From the human T2T-CHM13v2.0 reference genome, Homo sapiens: DNA of 64,000 bases. The position numbers and the translations under genes were made by a program. The notes under the pieces were generated by a model, which searched no databases, had not been told where the DNA came from, and saw only the letters and a program-made list of their open reading frames with translations. This document shows positions 1 to 14,300 of this stretch, in pieces. Numbering within the stretch: the first letter of the stretch is position 1; each line of letters begins with the position of its first letter. The stretch is taken from NCBI RefSeq assembly GCF_009914755.1, contig NC_060926.1; one strand, written 5' to 3'.

Positions 1-441
1 GAGCAAAAGGCTAGTTTTCTTTCCAGAGAGGAAGCGCAGGGAGAAAGCACCCTCTTCTTCTATCAAATATGTCTCCAATAGAAATAAGAACAGGGCACAA
101 ATTACCACATCAATAATTTACCCTGCCCCACTGGATCCCCAATCCCTCTGGGACTAACTTAGAGAGCCTAGAAAAATTTCCCTCTCAGCCCGTTTCTTCA
201 GCTACAAACGGTGCTGATACTGAGCTTACAAAGACATTGTGACTAGGAAATGAAATAGCTATTTGTGAAGCTCAATACTTAGGGTTCTAATAAGTATATT
301 TTCTTTTCTTTTTTTCTTCATAAGAGGAATTGCCTGCTTTCATGGAATTATAATATCTGAATTGGGTGGCTCAGATTACAGGGGTCTGAGAACAGAACAT
401 TGTGCTGGGGGGGTGGGGTGGGGGAAGGGGAGAGCAAGTGG

Positions 442-568
442 GGAAGGAGCAGGGTGGGGTTCCCAGAGGCTTGTCTCCCCTTCTCTTTGCGGGGAGGTGA
501 GGAGCAGGACTGGGGGGATATGGAAGGAGCAGGCTGGGGCTCCCAAAGGCTTGTCTCCCCTTCTCTTT
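442..568. repeat. 47-bp direct repeat (442-488, 522-568; 3 mismatches)
   Basis: ggaaggagcagg(g/c)tgggg(t/c)tccca(g/a)aggcttgtctccccttctcttt occurs twice. Confidence 0.85.
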
Positions 569-1092
569 ATGGTTCTGAGCAGGTGTCTTAGGTATTGGGA
601 GGCCCCTTTGTATCTTCAACGGTGGCTCCAAACCTGACTGATCACTAAAATTACGTGGAGAATCTTAAAACATTCCTACCCCAGCCCCTTACAGCCCTTT
701 CTCTCTGGCTAAGAATCTGATTCAGTAGGGCTGGGTAAGATGAGTGAAAATGCTTATTTTTTAAAAGTCCCCACGTGATTCTGATGACCAGTAAGGTTTG
801 ATTTATTATTCTAAAATACATAAAATATACGCTATTCTAAAATATATTCCTGCCTGAAAGTCTGATAGTGAAAAATATGTCCATATTATCTCAGTGAGGT
901 GCATAAAGAGTAGTGCAGGGAAGCCATGAGCTGCCTTGACTTCCCAGAAGGGAAGATACTTCTGTGCCACTATCAAAACCACACGGACATTGTGGCATAC
1001 TTCATAAAGCCTGAGTCCTGATTTCTTTTCTGTGAGAAAATTTTCATCAAGGTAGGGAAGATCAAAGCCTACCAAGTGCCTTGCTCAAGTAA

Positions 1093-1456
<364 letters not shown>

Positions 1457-1609
1457 GAGGTAGACCTTTAATTAGTAACTTCTTTTTATGTGAAAGTAAA
1501 TCATAATGACCAGAAACACTTGAAACCTTTTTTTCTTCTCTATATTCTCTCTTTTGTTCCAGTTATTGAAAGCATGGGAACCCCTACCTCTCTAAGATGC
1601 AACCTCTGA

Positions 1610-1928
<319 letters not shown>

Positions 1929-2875
1929 TCTCTGAGCATTCTGATGAGAGAAAATATGAGGATAATAGGCCTGAGGACTGTGAACTGGCTGCTGAGAGGG
2001 TCTATTAGAAGCCGGTTAATCAGATTTATTTCCTAACTACTAGATTAGATCAGCACGCTGAGAAAATGAGAATTAGAGTTTTGGCGGAAGAGAGTTTGGG
2101 GAATCAAAAGAATTTGGGAGCATTTAACATTTAGAGAAAGGCTCAGGGAGGCCAGAGGACAGGAGAGCACCGTGAGCCTAGGTGGGGAGGAAGAGGGAGG
2201 GGCCAGAGACTAAGAAGATCACAGAGGTAGAAAGCTTCCAAAAATAATAATTATTTCCCTCAGTCCCTTATGGTTCTTGCCAGCCTATTCCCATCCCACA
2301 TTTCCCTCAGCTCTTGTCTCTCTCTCATCCTGGTAGAAGTGAGAATCAAGCTAGTTTCTTGAGCTAGTTTCAAAATGACCAAAGTGGAAGTCTAGGAAAC
2401 CCTTGGATGTAGTCAGTAAAATGCCCAAATGTCTCTACAGCTTTGTGCCTTTGTAGAGATGCCTTAGTGGGGCCGTGCTCAGGGATCTTTCACAAGCATT
2501 CTGGAGCTTGGAGGACATCTTCATTACTCACATTTTAAAAAACGTTTAAATAATGTCTGTCTATGCTGTTTGCGGTGTGTGTATGCATTTTGCATTTTTT
2601 AATAGGGCTGGGATACTGAAGTCATGTTGAAACAAAACTGGCTCACTACTGTTAAGAGGTTTGATTTTTGAGTTTGCTGTCATTTATAGCAGGCAAACAA
2701 AATCTAAAAATTAAGTTTCCTGATTCTAAGTGCACTGACTTACACCTTTTCAAAAGGAACAAAGGATGTACTGAAAGTGAATAAATGATTGCAGGGCTTC
2801 AGACACCAACTTTAACAGCACCAAGTAGTAAAATATTACTAGATTTTTTTATTTTTGTCTAAAAAGTTATGCTTA

Positions 2876-3274
<399 letters not shown>

Positions 3275-3593
3275 TTAGCATAGGATAGTCAGGAAGACTT
3301 TTCTGCATTTTCTTATAATAATGATGGTGATATCAGAAGTTCTCACTTCCAGCCTGCTGCTGTAAGTACTCCCTTGAGACATCCTTGACTGGGTGACCTG
3401 GAGGAAGCAGATGGACTGTTCCCAGGAGCCTGAGGTGCACATCACTGTCAGTTTCTGCCCTGGGCCATGAAATCCCAAACTGAAGTCCATTGGCCCAAAC
3501 TGGTGACTGAGTCACACAGGATTGTTTACCTGACTTTCCCTCTTTTCTTATTTTTATTCTTTTCTCATCTCTTGTGTAAAAAAATGAAATATA

Positions 3594-3862
3594 CTTTGGG
3601 AGGCCAAGGCAGGAGGATTGTTTGAGTCCAGGAGTTCGAGACCAGCCTTGGTAACACAGTGAGACCCTGTCTCTACAAAAACTTTAGAAATTAGCCAAGT
3701 ATTGTGGCATGTTCCTGTAGTCCCAGCTACTCAGAAGGCTGAGGCAGGAGGATCACACAAGCCCAGGAATTCGCGGCTGCAGTGATCCATGATTGCGTCA
3801 CTGCACTCTGACCTGGGTGACAGAGTGAGACCCTTTCTCTAAAACAAAACAAAAACAAAAAA
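3594..3862 (+). mobile_element. 5'-truncated Alu (AluJ-like)
   Basis: Starts at ctttgggagg; A-rich tail. Confidence 0.88.
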
Positions 3863-3869
3863 ACCAAAT

Positions 3870-4860
<991 letters not shown>

Positions 4861-4957
4861 TCTTTCTTCATTTTTGATCACCCCTCAACCCAACCATCAA
4901 GTTACACACCCCTTCAGACCCCCTCCTCACACCAACTCTCTCCTTTGTACTGTTTCA

Positions 4958-5290
<333 letters not shown>

Positions 5291-5569
5291 AGAAAATGGT
5301 TACTTGGTTCTAAATTCATTTCACAGATACAGTCTCCATGGGAAATAAACAGAATGCTCATTAACCTTCAGTGTATGTACATAGAGTTTTCTAAGTTCCC
5401 ACCTACAGCAGCTATTTTTGGCTGTGTCCTGTTTTAAGTGCTGGTAGGGCCTCCTCCCACTATAGGGGCTGATCAGCCACTCACTATTTGAAGCCTGGGT
5501 GTTTTCTGGGGAGCTCTTTCTCCTCATCATAATGAGGACACTCTTGTCCTTTGGCCTTCAGGTGATGTA

Positions 5570-5895
5570 TTAGGAAGTTATTAGAGCTGCAGTGGCCCTC
5601 TTCTGACCATAGAGGCAAGCTTTAGGATTAAAACCGATGTGCCCAGGATGATGGGTTGAAATGTGGAAAGAGTCTAGGTCCTCAGTAAGACACTGAGTCA
5701 CTGAATTATTAAATAGGAGAATTGGAATTTGTGAATTTTCTCTCTTGCAATAAAACAGTTCCCGAGTTTCAGACTGAATGTACAAGCTTAGCAAGCAGAG
5801 CCAACCTGCAAATGCCCTACCTCCACACTTCTTATTCTAGGGGATTATGAATTTAATCTACTTTAGTTGATTACTTGCAGCTGCAAACAACCAAG
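5570..5895 (+). mobile_element. Old MaLR LTR fragment (MLT1J/K-like) interrupted by a duplicated segment
   Basis: tggaaagagtctaggtcctc..actgagtcactgaat / ccaacc..ccctacctc..acttcttatt..ttacttgcagc resembles the MLT1 3' half. Confidence 0.55.
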
Positions 5896-6423
5896 CAGAC
5901 ACAGTGATTAAATACAAATAAATCTATTCTATGTTTCTGTTTACTATATATTTAAAGCTTTGATGGAGAGAAGAAGCCAATGGAAACTGACCTTGAGTTT
6001 TCCATAAAACTGAACTCTTCCTTGATGACCCTAATAGAGCTAAAACTATGATTGAGATTGCACAAAGCATTGAATCATCAAAAGTAACGTATTATGATGT
6101 CATATATTAAATAAACTCAGCTTTTGGTAGGATATAAGTTGAAAAAGCACACAGCAACTTAAAAGTGGAGATGGAGGCTTAGAAACTTCTATGTTGGTGA
6201 GAGGAGGTGGAATTAGAATATTTTCCAAGGATTATTCTCAAAGCACATAACTGAGAATTGACTTTGAGTGTTGGCAATAAAGGAAGACTTTTCTCCTATT
6301 ACGATATGCTAGACATAACATTCTTATTAAAGTAAGGAGGAGAATTGGAGTTTCTGAATCTCCTCCTTTGCAACAAAACAGCTCCCCTGTTTCAAATTGA
6401 ATGTACAAGATTAGCAAGCAGAG
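5706..6423. repeat. Diverged ~95-bp dispersed direct repeat (5706-5800 and 6324-6423)
   Basis: ttattaaa..aggagaattgg..tgaatgtacaag.ttagcaagcagag is present in both copies. Confidence 0.8.
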
Positions 6424-6450
6424 AGATGAAGATTTAAGAAAAAAAGTATG

Positions 6451-6766
6451 GGCTGGGTGCAGTGGCTTACACCTGTAATCCTAGCACTTTGGGAGGCCGA
6501 GGCTGGAGGATGGCTTGAGTCTAGGAGGTCAAGACCAGCCTGGGCAACATAGCAAGACCCTATCTCTACAACAAATACAAAAATTCGCCGAGTGTGGTGG
6601 CGTGCACCTGTAGTCCTAGGGACTTGGGAGGCTGAAGTGGGAGGATTGCCTGAGTCTGGGAGGTCAAGGCTGCAGTGTGCTGTGATGGTGCCACTGCACT
6701 CTAGCTTGGACAACAGAGCGAGACCCTGTCTCAAAAAAAAAAAAAAAAGAAAGAAAAAGAAAAAAA
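6451..6766 (+). mobile_element. Alu (AluJ-like)
   Basis: Full dimer; TSD aagaaaaaaagtatg. Confidence 0.92.
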
Positions 6767-9700
6767 GTATGATGTTCAAAATCTATTTAAGAGGGAGCCA
6801 TAGAGCTTGAGAAAGCAGAGGATAGCTGATGATCTGCCCTGTTCTTGCTCCTGCTTCTTGTATTTTGCATTCCCACATTGTGTTGTATGGAAGCAAAACA
6901 TCATTGTTTTACTGGTGAGTAGATTGCACCTTTCTCCTTGCAGACAAGGTGGTGACAGCAACCGGTTCCAGGAAGCCCCTGGTAACAACCCTTCTTTGTG
7001 TTGTGTGAGGAAGCTATGGCTCATAAGTGACCTCAGCAGATTTCCCACCCACTACGCTGGGTCCCTCAACTCACAGAGACTCATTGTTAAGGGCTTTCAC
7101 TCTGAACAGCTGCTGGCGCTTGCTGGCTTCATTCACTATGAAGATGGTGATCAAACACCCCAGATTTCAAATAATCTGTCCTATGATCAGACCATGGGTC
7201 AGCCCATTTGCCCTGGTGTCTGATTAGGAAAGTATGATCACTGTCACCATAGAACAACGCCTCCCAACTTCTCTACCCACTTGGATGTTTTCCCCACTCA
7301 CTTCATTGTTTTGGATATCACTTTAGATTGTGGCCCTTCTCTTTCTGCCAGAAGCAAAATTCCCCCATGTGTCTACAGTAGAAATGCCCTCTCTTCAGGG
7401 ATCATGCCTGAAATTCCATTTCGTCAATTAAAATTAGACAAAGTATGGCAGGAGCCTAGCTCCCTTTGAAAAGCTACCTACCTAATCAGTATTCCAAGTG
7501 ATTTAAACGTCCATTATCACAATAAAGTTCAAAGCCTTTAAAGATGCATGAAGTGATGCATTCAAGCAGGTGAACATTACTTGTCTTGGAAAAGTCACTG
7601 GAGGGTGGAAGGCAGGGTTAGGGTTCAGCTTTTGAGATTAGATAAGAGCAAAGAGCAACTTCAAAACTCCCTGGGGGCAGGCTTGCTGTCACCAGTGGTG
7701 GGGCAGGCAGTGGGCTTACTGTTCTCTCTGACACTGTGGCTTGTGTGACCAGGGCACAGAATATGTCAGAATCTTGGGTATCTTCTATGGTACTTAGCCC
7801 CGTGAGTCAGATACACCAGAGGTGCTGAGGGGATGCTTGTAGACTCGCTTTTACAGATAACTTTCACGTAGATCTAATGTGTGTGGCACACCAGATCGAT
7901 GCATTTGCAACCACCTTCCTGGTCCACAGCGTCAAAACATGCCTGAAATGCCAAGAAGAATGTTTGTATTTGAGCATAATTTTTCAGGGAGGCAGGGCTT
8001 TGATTTTCCTGATTTTTTTGTGTTTCATTTTTTTAACCTGACTATGTAGCAAGAATATTAGAAATAAAATTTAGGAGAGGATAGACAATCCTTGGGTGTA
8101 TGGAGACAGGGAATGGCTCCCGGCAGCTGAATAAATAGCATGCATGTATCTGGCTTTCTGGGCCCTACCCAAGCCTTTTTACAACTACCAGGTGTTTTAT
8201 AGACACATTTTTCTATGAAGTAGTCAAACTGTAAACAGCATGAATCCTGAATGATAATCGTGTCTTAATAATAATAAAAGAAAGAAAATAAGAGACAAGC
8301 ATCACGATTTTCCCAATTGAAATGTCTTTTGGTTTTGCCTTTGGTGGCACAGGGTCAAGGGTGTGGGGGCATTTGTGTGGCATTCACTATTCTTTCAACC
8401 TGTCCTGATTATGGAACCCTTTAAGGTCCGTCCACTTGGAACCACGGTGCTCTGAGAGGACGCTGAACTCACAGCAGCCCACACACAATTCCAGTGATAC
8501 TACTGCAATGTTTTGTACACAGAATCTTAGGTTTGTTGGGTAAATGTAGCATCATATTTTGTTTTAGCAATTTGTGAACAGTCTTGCTTCTCTTCACACT
8601 TATAAGTTCATCAGGCTAAGGATTAAATCGTATGCACCCAAATACCTCTTAGTATACAAACGTCTGCACTCAGTAGCGTTTCTGGCTGAGCAGGTGGAAG
8701 AAGGGCCACGTTCGCCAATGTCATGAGGGGCCAGCATCTTTAACCTTCACGCCCACATCACCAGCCTTGCCTTCTTCACAACAGAAATGTTGTCCCACTT
8801 CCTTTCCAGGTCTCTCAGATTCATGGTACGAGTTGGAAAGAGACCTGAGAGATTATTTAGGCTAAACGTTTCATTTTATAAATGACAAAATTAGGGTTGA
8901 GCAAAATGTGGTGATTTTGTCTGTGCAAAGCCAAGAAAAAAAATTAGAGCCTCTTAAAAGTCATTTTTCCCCTGAAATAAAGTATCTTCATTTCACTGTT
9001 AAATATATGTCCTCATGTAGTTGCTATAATCAACCACTTCTCAAGAAAACTCTAAAAGCTATATTTCCCATATGACACATTTCAGAATATTACATAAGAA
9101 GCTCTCACCAAGACACCAAGGTAAAATATATATGACAAGCCAAAGACAGGTGCCATAAAAAAATAAGAAATCTTCAAAGGGGAAAGAAATTCCAAAAGTG
9201 GCAACATGACACCACTCATTCTCTGCCTACTTTCGAGGTAAGACGATGTTGAAGTTCTGAGGGGGCTCAGTAAATAACACCTCTCTTCCCCCTCCAGGTC
9301 CTGCACAAATTGAAAACATAAAAAGTAGCAGATGGACTCAAATGCCACCTTCATGACTGAGGTGCCAAGCTGGAGGGCAGGAGTTGCCCTCTGGTCCTGG
9401 TTTAGGCTGACCTTCTGAACGGGGCCTGAGGGCAGGACCACACGGGCAGGGATCAGAAAGGAGCTGGAGGAGAGCTCAGAAGGGAGGGCGGGCCCAGCTC
9501 TCTTGGCGGCCAAGGAAAAAGCCTGGCATGTTAGAGCTGGTGCAGGACTCTCCAGGGTGACCGAGCCACCCAGAAGAGGGAAAAGCCATTCTCCATAACA
9601 AAAAGTCAGGACCGGCTGAAAGCCCCTCCCAGCCCTCCACCCTCCTTCGGCGGGGCTTCTTTCTGAGCTTTGCCCCATCCCTGCCCCGTGCTGGTGACTG

Positions 9701-10260
9701 GTGTTTGGCTCCCTCCTAGAGAAAGAGATGGGCCTGGGTTGGTTGAGAGAGAAAGAGAGAGAAAGGGAGAGACAGAGAGAAGGCTTAGCTCTTGTCCAAC
9801 AGGGCCACCTAGAGGGACTCTCAGGCTTGAGCGGGAGAAGCAGAGTTTTGAGGCAGAGCTGATCAAGGGAACCTCAACAAACAACCCCAGCCATGGAGGC
9901 GGCGGTGTCTTTGAAGACCCCATGAGAGCATCAAACAAGGGAGAGAGGTAACTTTAAATACCACAACCTAGCCCAGGAAGAAAGAATGGGCCCTCTGAGA
10001 CGATCAATTAATTAAGAGCTTTTCTCCCTTTCTCCCTCCTCCTCCTCCTCCCTCTTCCTGCTTTGAGCCTGGAACAAATCATCGTAGTAAAATGGCGGCA
10101 GAGAGCTAGTAATGTGTCTGGAATTGGTGGGTTCTTGGTCGCACTGACTTCAAGAATGAAGCCGCGGACCCTCACGGTGAGTGTTACAATTCTTAAAAGT
10201 GGCGTGTCCGGAATTTGTTCCTTCTGATGTTCGGAGTTTCTTCCTTCTGGTGGGTTCGTG

Positions 10261-10474
10261 GTCTCGCTGGCTCAGGAGTGAAGCTGCAGACCTTCGCAGT
10301 GAGCGTTACAGCTCTTAAGGTGGTGTTTCTGGAGTTGTTCGTTCCTTCCGGTGGCTTCATAGTCTCGCTGGCTCAGGAGTGAAGCTGCAGACCTTCGCAG
10401 TGAGCGTTACAGCTCTTAAGGTGGTGTTTCTGGAGTTGTTCGTTCCTTCCGGTGGCTTCATAGTCTCGCTGGCT
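10261..10474. repeat. Perfect 101-bp tandem duplication within the LTR12 U5 repeats
   Basis: 10261-10361 is identical to 10362-10462. Confidence 0.9.
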
Positions 10475-10744
10475 TCAGGAGTGAAGCTGCAGACCTTCCT
10501 GGTGAGTGTTACAGCTCTTAAGGCAGTGCGTCTGGAGTTGTTCGTTTCTCCCGGTGGGTTCGTGGTCTCGCTGGCTTTAAGAGTGAAGCTGCAGACCTTC
10601 ACGGTGAATGTTACAGCTCATAAAGGCAGTGTGGACCTAAAGAGTGAGCAGCAGCAAGATTTATTGCAAAGAGAGGAAGAATAAGGCTTCCACAGTGTGC
10701 AAGGGGACCCCAACAGGTTGCCACCGCTGGCTTGGGCAGCCTGC

Positions 10745-11153
10745 TTTTATTGTCTTATCTGGCCCCACCGACATCCTGCTGATTGGTCCATTTTACAGAG
10801 AGCCGAGTGGTCTGTTTTGACAGGGTGCTGATTGGTGCGTTTACAATCCCTGAGCTAGACACAAAGGTTCTCCACCTCCCCACCAGAGTAGCTAGATACA
10901 GAATGTTGATTGGTGCATTCACGAACCCTGAGCTAGACAGAGGGTGCTGATTGGTGTGTCTACAAACCTTGAGCTAGATACAGAGTGCCGATTGGTGTAT
11001 TTACAATCCCTTAGCTAGACATAAGGGTTCTCCAAGTCCCCACCAGAGTAGCTAGATACAGTGTCGATTGGTGCATTCACAAACCGTGAGCTAGACAGAG
11101 GGTGCTGATTGGTGTGTTTACAAACCTTGAGCTAGATACAGAGTGCTGATTGG
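10745..11153 (-). promoter_or_regulatory. LTR12 enhancer/promoter: 8 CCAAT (NF-Y) boxes plus AATAAAA TATA-like box
   Basis: ATTGG at 10782, 10831, 10909, 10950, 10991, 11067, 11108 and 11149; ttttatt at 10745-10751. Would fire toward lower coordinates. Confidence 0.75.
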
Positions 11154-11810
11154 TGTATTTACAATCCCTTAGCTAGACATAAACGTTCTCCAAGTCCCCA
11201 CCACACTCAGGAGCCCAGCTGGCTTCACCCAGTGGATCATGCACCCAGGCCACAGGTGGAGCTGCCTGCCAGTCCCACGCTGTGCGCCTGCACTCCTCAG
11301 CCCTTGGGTGGTCGATGGGACTGGGCACCGTAGAGCAGTGGGCGGCACTCGTCGGAGCGGCTCTGGCCGCGCAGGAGCCCATGGAGGCCGGTGGGGGAGG
11401 CTCAGGCATGGCGGGCTGCAGGTCCCGAGCCCTGCCCGGCGGGAAGGCAGCTAAGGCCCGGGGAGAAATTGACCACAGCAGCTGCTGGCCCAGATGCTAA
11501 GCCCCTCACTGCCCGGGGCCGCAGCCGCTCCAAGTGCGGGGCCCGCCAAGCCCACACCCACCCGGAACTGGCACTGGCCCTGGCCCACAAGCACAGTGCG
11601 CAGCCCCGGTTCCTGCCCCTGCCTCTCCCTCCTCACCTCCCCGCAAGCTTAGGGAGCCGGCTCCGGCCTTGGCCAGCCCAGAAAGGGGCTCCCACAGTGC
11701 AGCGGTGGGCTGAAGGGCTCCTCAAGTGCCGCCAAAGTGGGAGCCCAGGCAGAGGAGGTGCGGAGAGCGAGCCAGGGCTGTGAGGACTGCCAGCACGCTG
11801 TCACCTTTCA

Positions 11811-12229
<419 letters not shown>

Positions 12230-12923
12230 TTATGACACAAAACTAGATATTCTAACTTCTCAGTTGAGACTGTTGGAGACTTAGAGTGACTATAGGACTT
12301 TTTATTACTTAAGAGTGATTAAAACGAGTTGTAAGATTATGGAGATTTTCATTCTGGAGCAAGAGAAGAACTTTTCCCCTATTGAGTAATCTGAAAAGGA
12401 CAGCGGGAATCAAAAACAAGGTTGCTTTCTCCTTTGAATATATTGTTTTCTTCTTCAAATCTAAAAATCTGTTGATTTCATGTTTTCCCTTTTATTTCTC
12501 TAACCCACTGAAATGTGATTGCTTCTGGTATCCCTAAGTTTATCAAGCATACTACTAAACCAGCATTTGGGACATTAAGAACACTGGACACTCCAACTAA
12601 CCAGGGGCTGAATCCTACTGACTGCACTCGCTATGTTTTGTCCAGGTGGCACGGTGCCTGGGAAGCAACTGCAGGGCTGTTCCTCCAGCAGTTTATGAAC
12701 TCAAGAAGTAAAATGAGAGGAGAACCCAGGGGGCACCAGGCTGCTGCCTCTTGGTTTTGGTTCAAAAAAAAAGAAAAGAAGAACAATGATAAATGTATTA
12801 CAGTCAGTAACCGTTTCTGATTTACACTCAAGGTGGTCTTGCTATGATCTCAAAGCGCTCTTCCAGCAAACAGCACTGCTATTAAAACCTGTTGGTGATA
12901 CAAATTGTTTAAGAATAAAAATC

Positions 12924-13227
12924 GGCTGGGTGTGGTGGCTCACACCTGTAATCCTAGCACTTTGGGATGCTGAGGCGGGTGGATCACCTGAGGTCAGGCG
13001 TTCAAGACCAGCCTGGCCAAGATTGTGAAACACCTTCTCTACTAAAAATACAAAAATACAAAAATTAGCCAGGCATGGTGACGGGCACCTGTAATCCCAG
13101 CTACTCGGGAGGCTGAGGCAAAGAATTGCTTGAACCTGGGAGGCGGAGTTTGCAGTGAGCTGAGATTGCACCACTGCACTCCAGCCTGGGCGACAGAGCA
13201 AGACTCTGTCTCAAAAAAAAAAAAAAA
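12924..13227 (+). mobile_element. Alu (AluSx-like)
   Basis: Full dimer, poly-A. Confidence 0.92.
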
Positions 13228-14109
13228 GAATAAAAATTAAAAACACACACAAGAAAACAAAGTAAAACTTGTTGGTGAGTAAACCGAATGAAATATGTTA
13301 AATCTCTGTCCAATCCTGTCCAAAGTCAGGCAGAGGAGGCCAACTTGAGTACTTATCACCATCTCCCAGCACCTTTTGTTGTTTGATTAGAATAGATTCC
13401 CTCTGTAAGACATTAATGATTTCCAAGGCTGCTTTAAGAAGTTTCTTTGTTATACGGGAAGTGATTGAGAACTGGCAATCATGAATCTGGCTGTCTCTGC
13501 TCAGGAGCTTAAAGACTGTTCTGATGACGATAATTACATTTTTATGAATATCCTGCCTAGAGAGTAACAATTTTACTATGTCAAACCGCACCACACAAAG
13601 ATGCATCAATTTCATCTGCAATGAAAAATAGAGCCTAATAGTACAGTTATATTTATATGATAGTCAAACATCAAGATGTAACGTAAGTGCTTCAACTAAA
13701 AGAATTCCGATCATTATTTAACCTTGAGATGATTAAGGTGAAAGCTTGTCAGCTTCCATGAATTACTTTTTTCATGATTTTTGCTGTTTTGGTTTGATTT
13801 TTAAAAATCCATAATTAACATTTATTAACATTTGGATTCTACTCCAACCTCCATGATGTGTGGGCAAGGGAAAAACAACAACAAAAAAGATCCATAGATA
13901 TGATTAATGGTCAAAGAGAGAGTATTAGGTAATTATAAGTCATAATTATGTTCTTGGTAAAATACCATACTAACTGGTTTTCTCCTTTCTCCTTTTCTCT
14001 GCTAAGTTTCTTCAACTATAATGCAAATTATGGACAATGTATTTAGGTTAGATGCTATACATACATATTAATTTAATACAAAGAAAACTGTTTCATTGTG
14101 ATTGTGCAC

Positions 14110-14300
14110 CAGAGCTATGCCAAGTGTGGTCTGAGAACCAGCAACATTAAGCATTACTCAAAAACCTGTTGGAAATGCAAATTCTCAGGCGTTACCCCAG
14201 ATCTCTTGAATCCGAATCTGTAGCAGTGGGCACAGGCCCCCGGGACTCTGTGTTAACAAGCCTTCCAGGAGGTGCGATGAGATGTGAGAATCACTGCTCC
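14110..14300. mobile_element. MER5A-like element
   Basis: aagtgtggtc..gaaatgcaaattctcagg..gaatct..ttaacaagcc..gagaatcactgct. Confidence 0.65.

Larger units (their letters stand above)
10113..11810 (-). mobile_element. Solo LTR12 (ERV9 LTR, LTR12C-like), ~1.7 kb
   Basis: Minus strand begins TGAAAGGTGACAGCGTGCTGGCAG and ends CCAATTCCAGACACA; 4-bp TSD GTAA/GTAG; CpG-rich U3, CCAAT repeat array, ~101-bp U5 repeats. Confidence 0.93.

Noticed and set aside
6807-7223. 138-aa + strand ORF
   Set aside because: Non-ATG start, no recognisable homology, and a length compatible with chance.
10180-11180. Regularly spaced repeats (~101-bp and ~40-bp units) resembling a CRISPR-like array
   Set aside because: These are the U5 and U3 tandem repeats of an LTR12; there are no unique spacers and no cas genes, and the context is primate DNA.
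13580-13617. DEIDA (Walker-B-like) peptide in an alternative frame after the acceptor
   Set aside because: The frame closes within a few codons and no other AAA+ motifs are nearby; likely chance.
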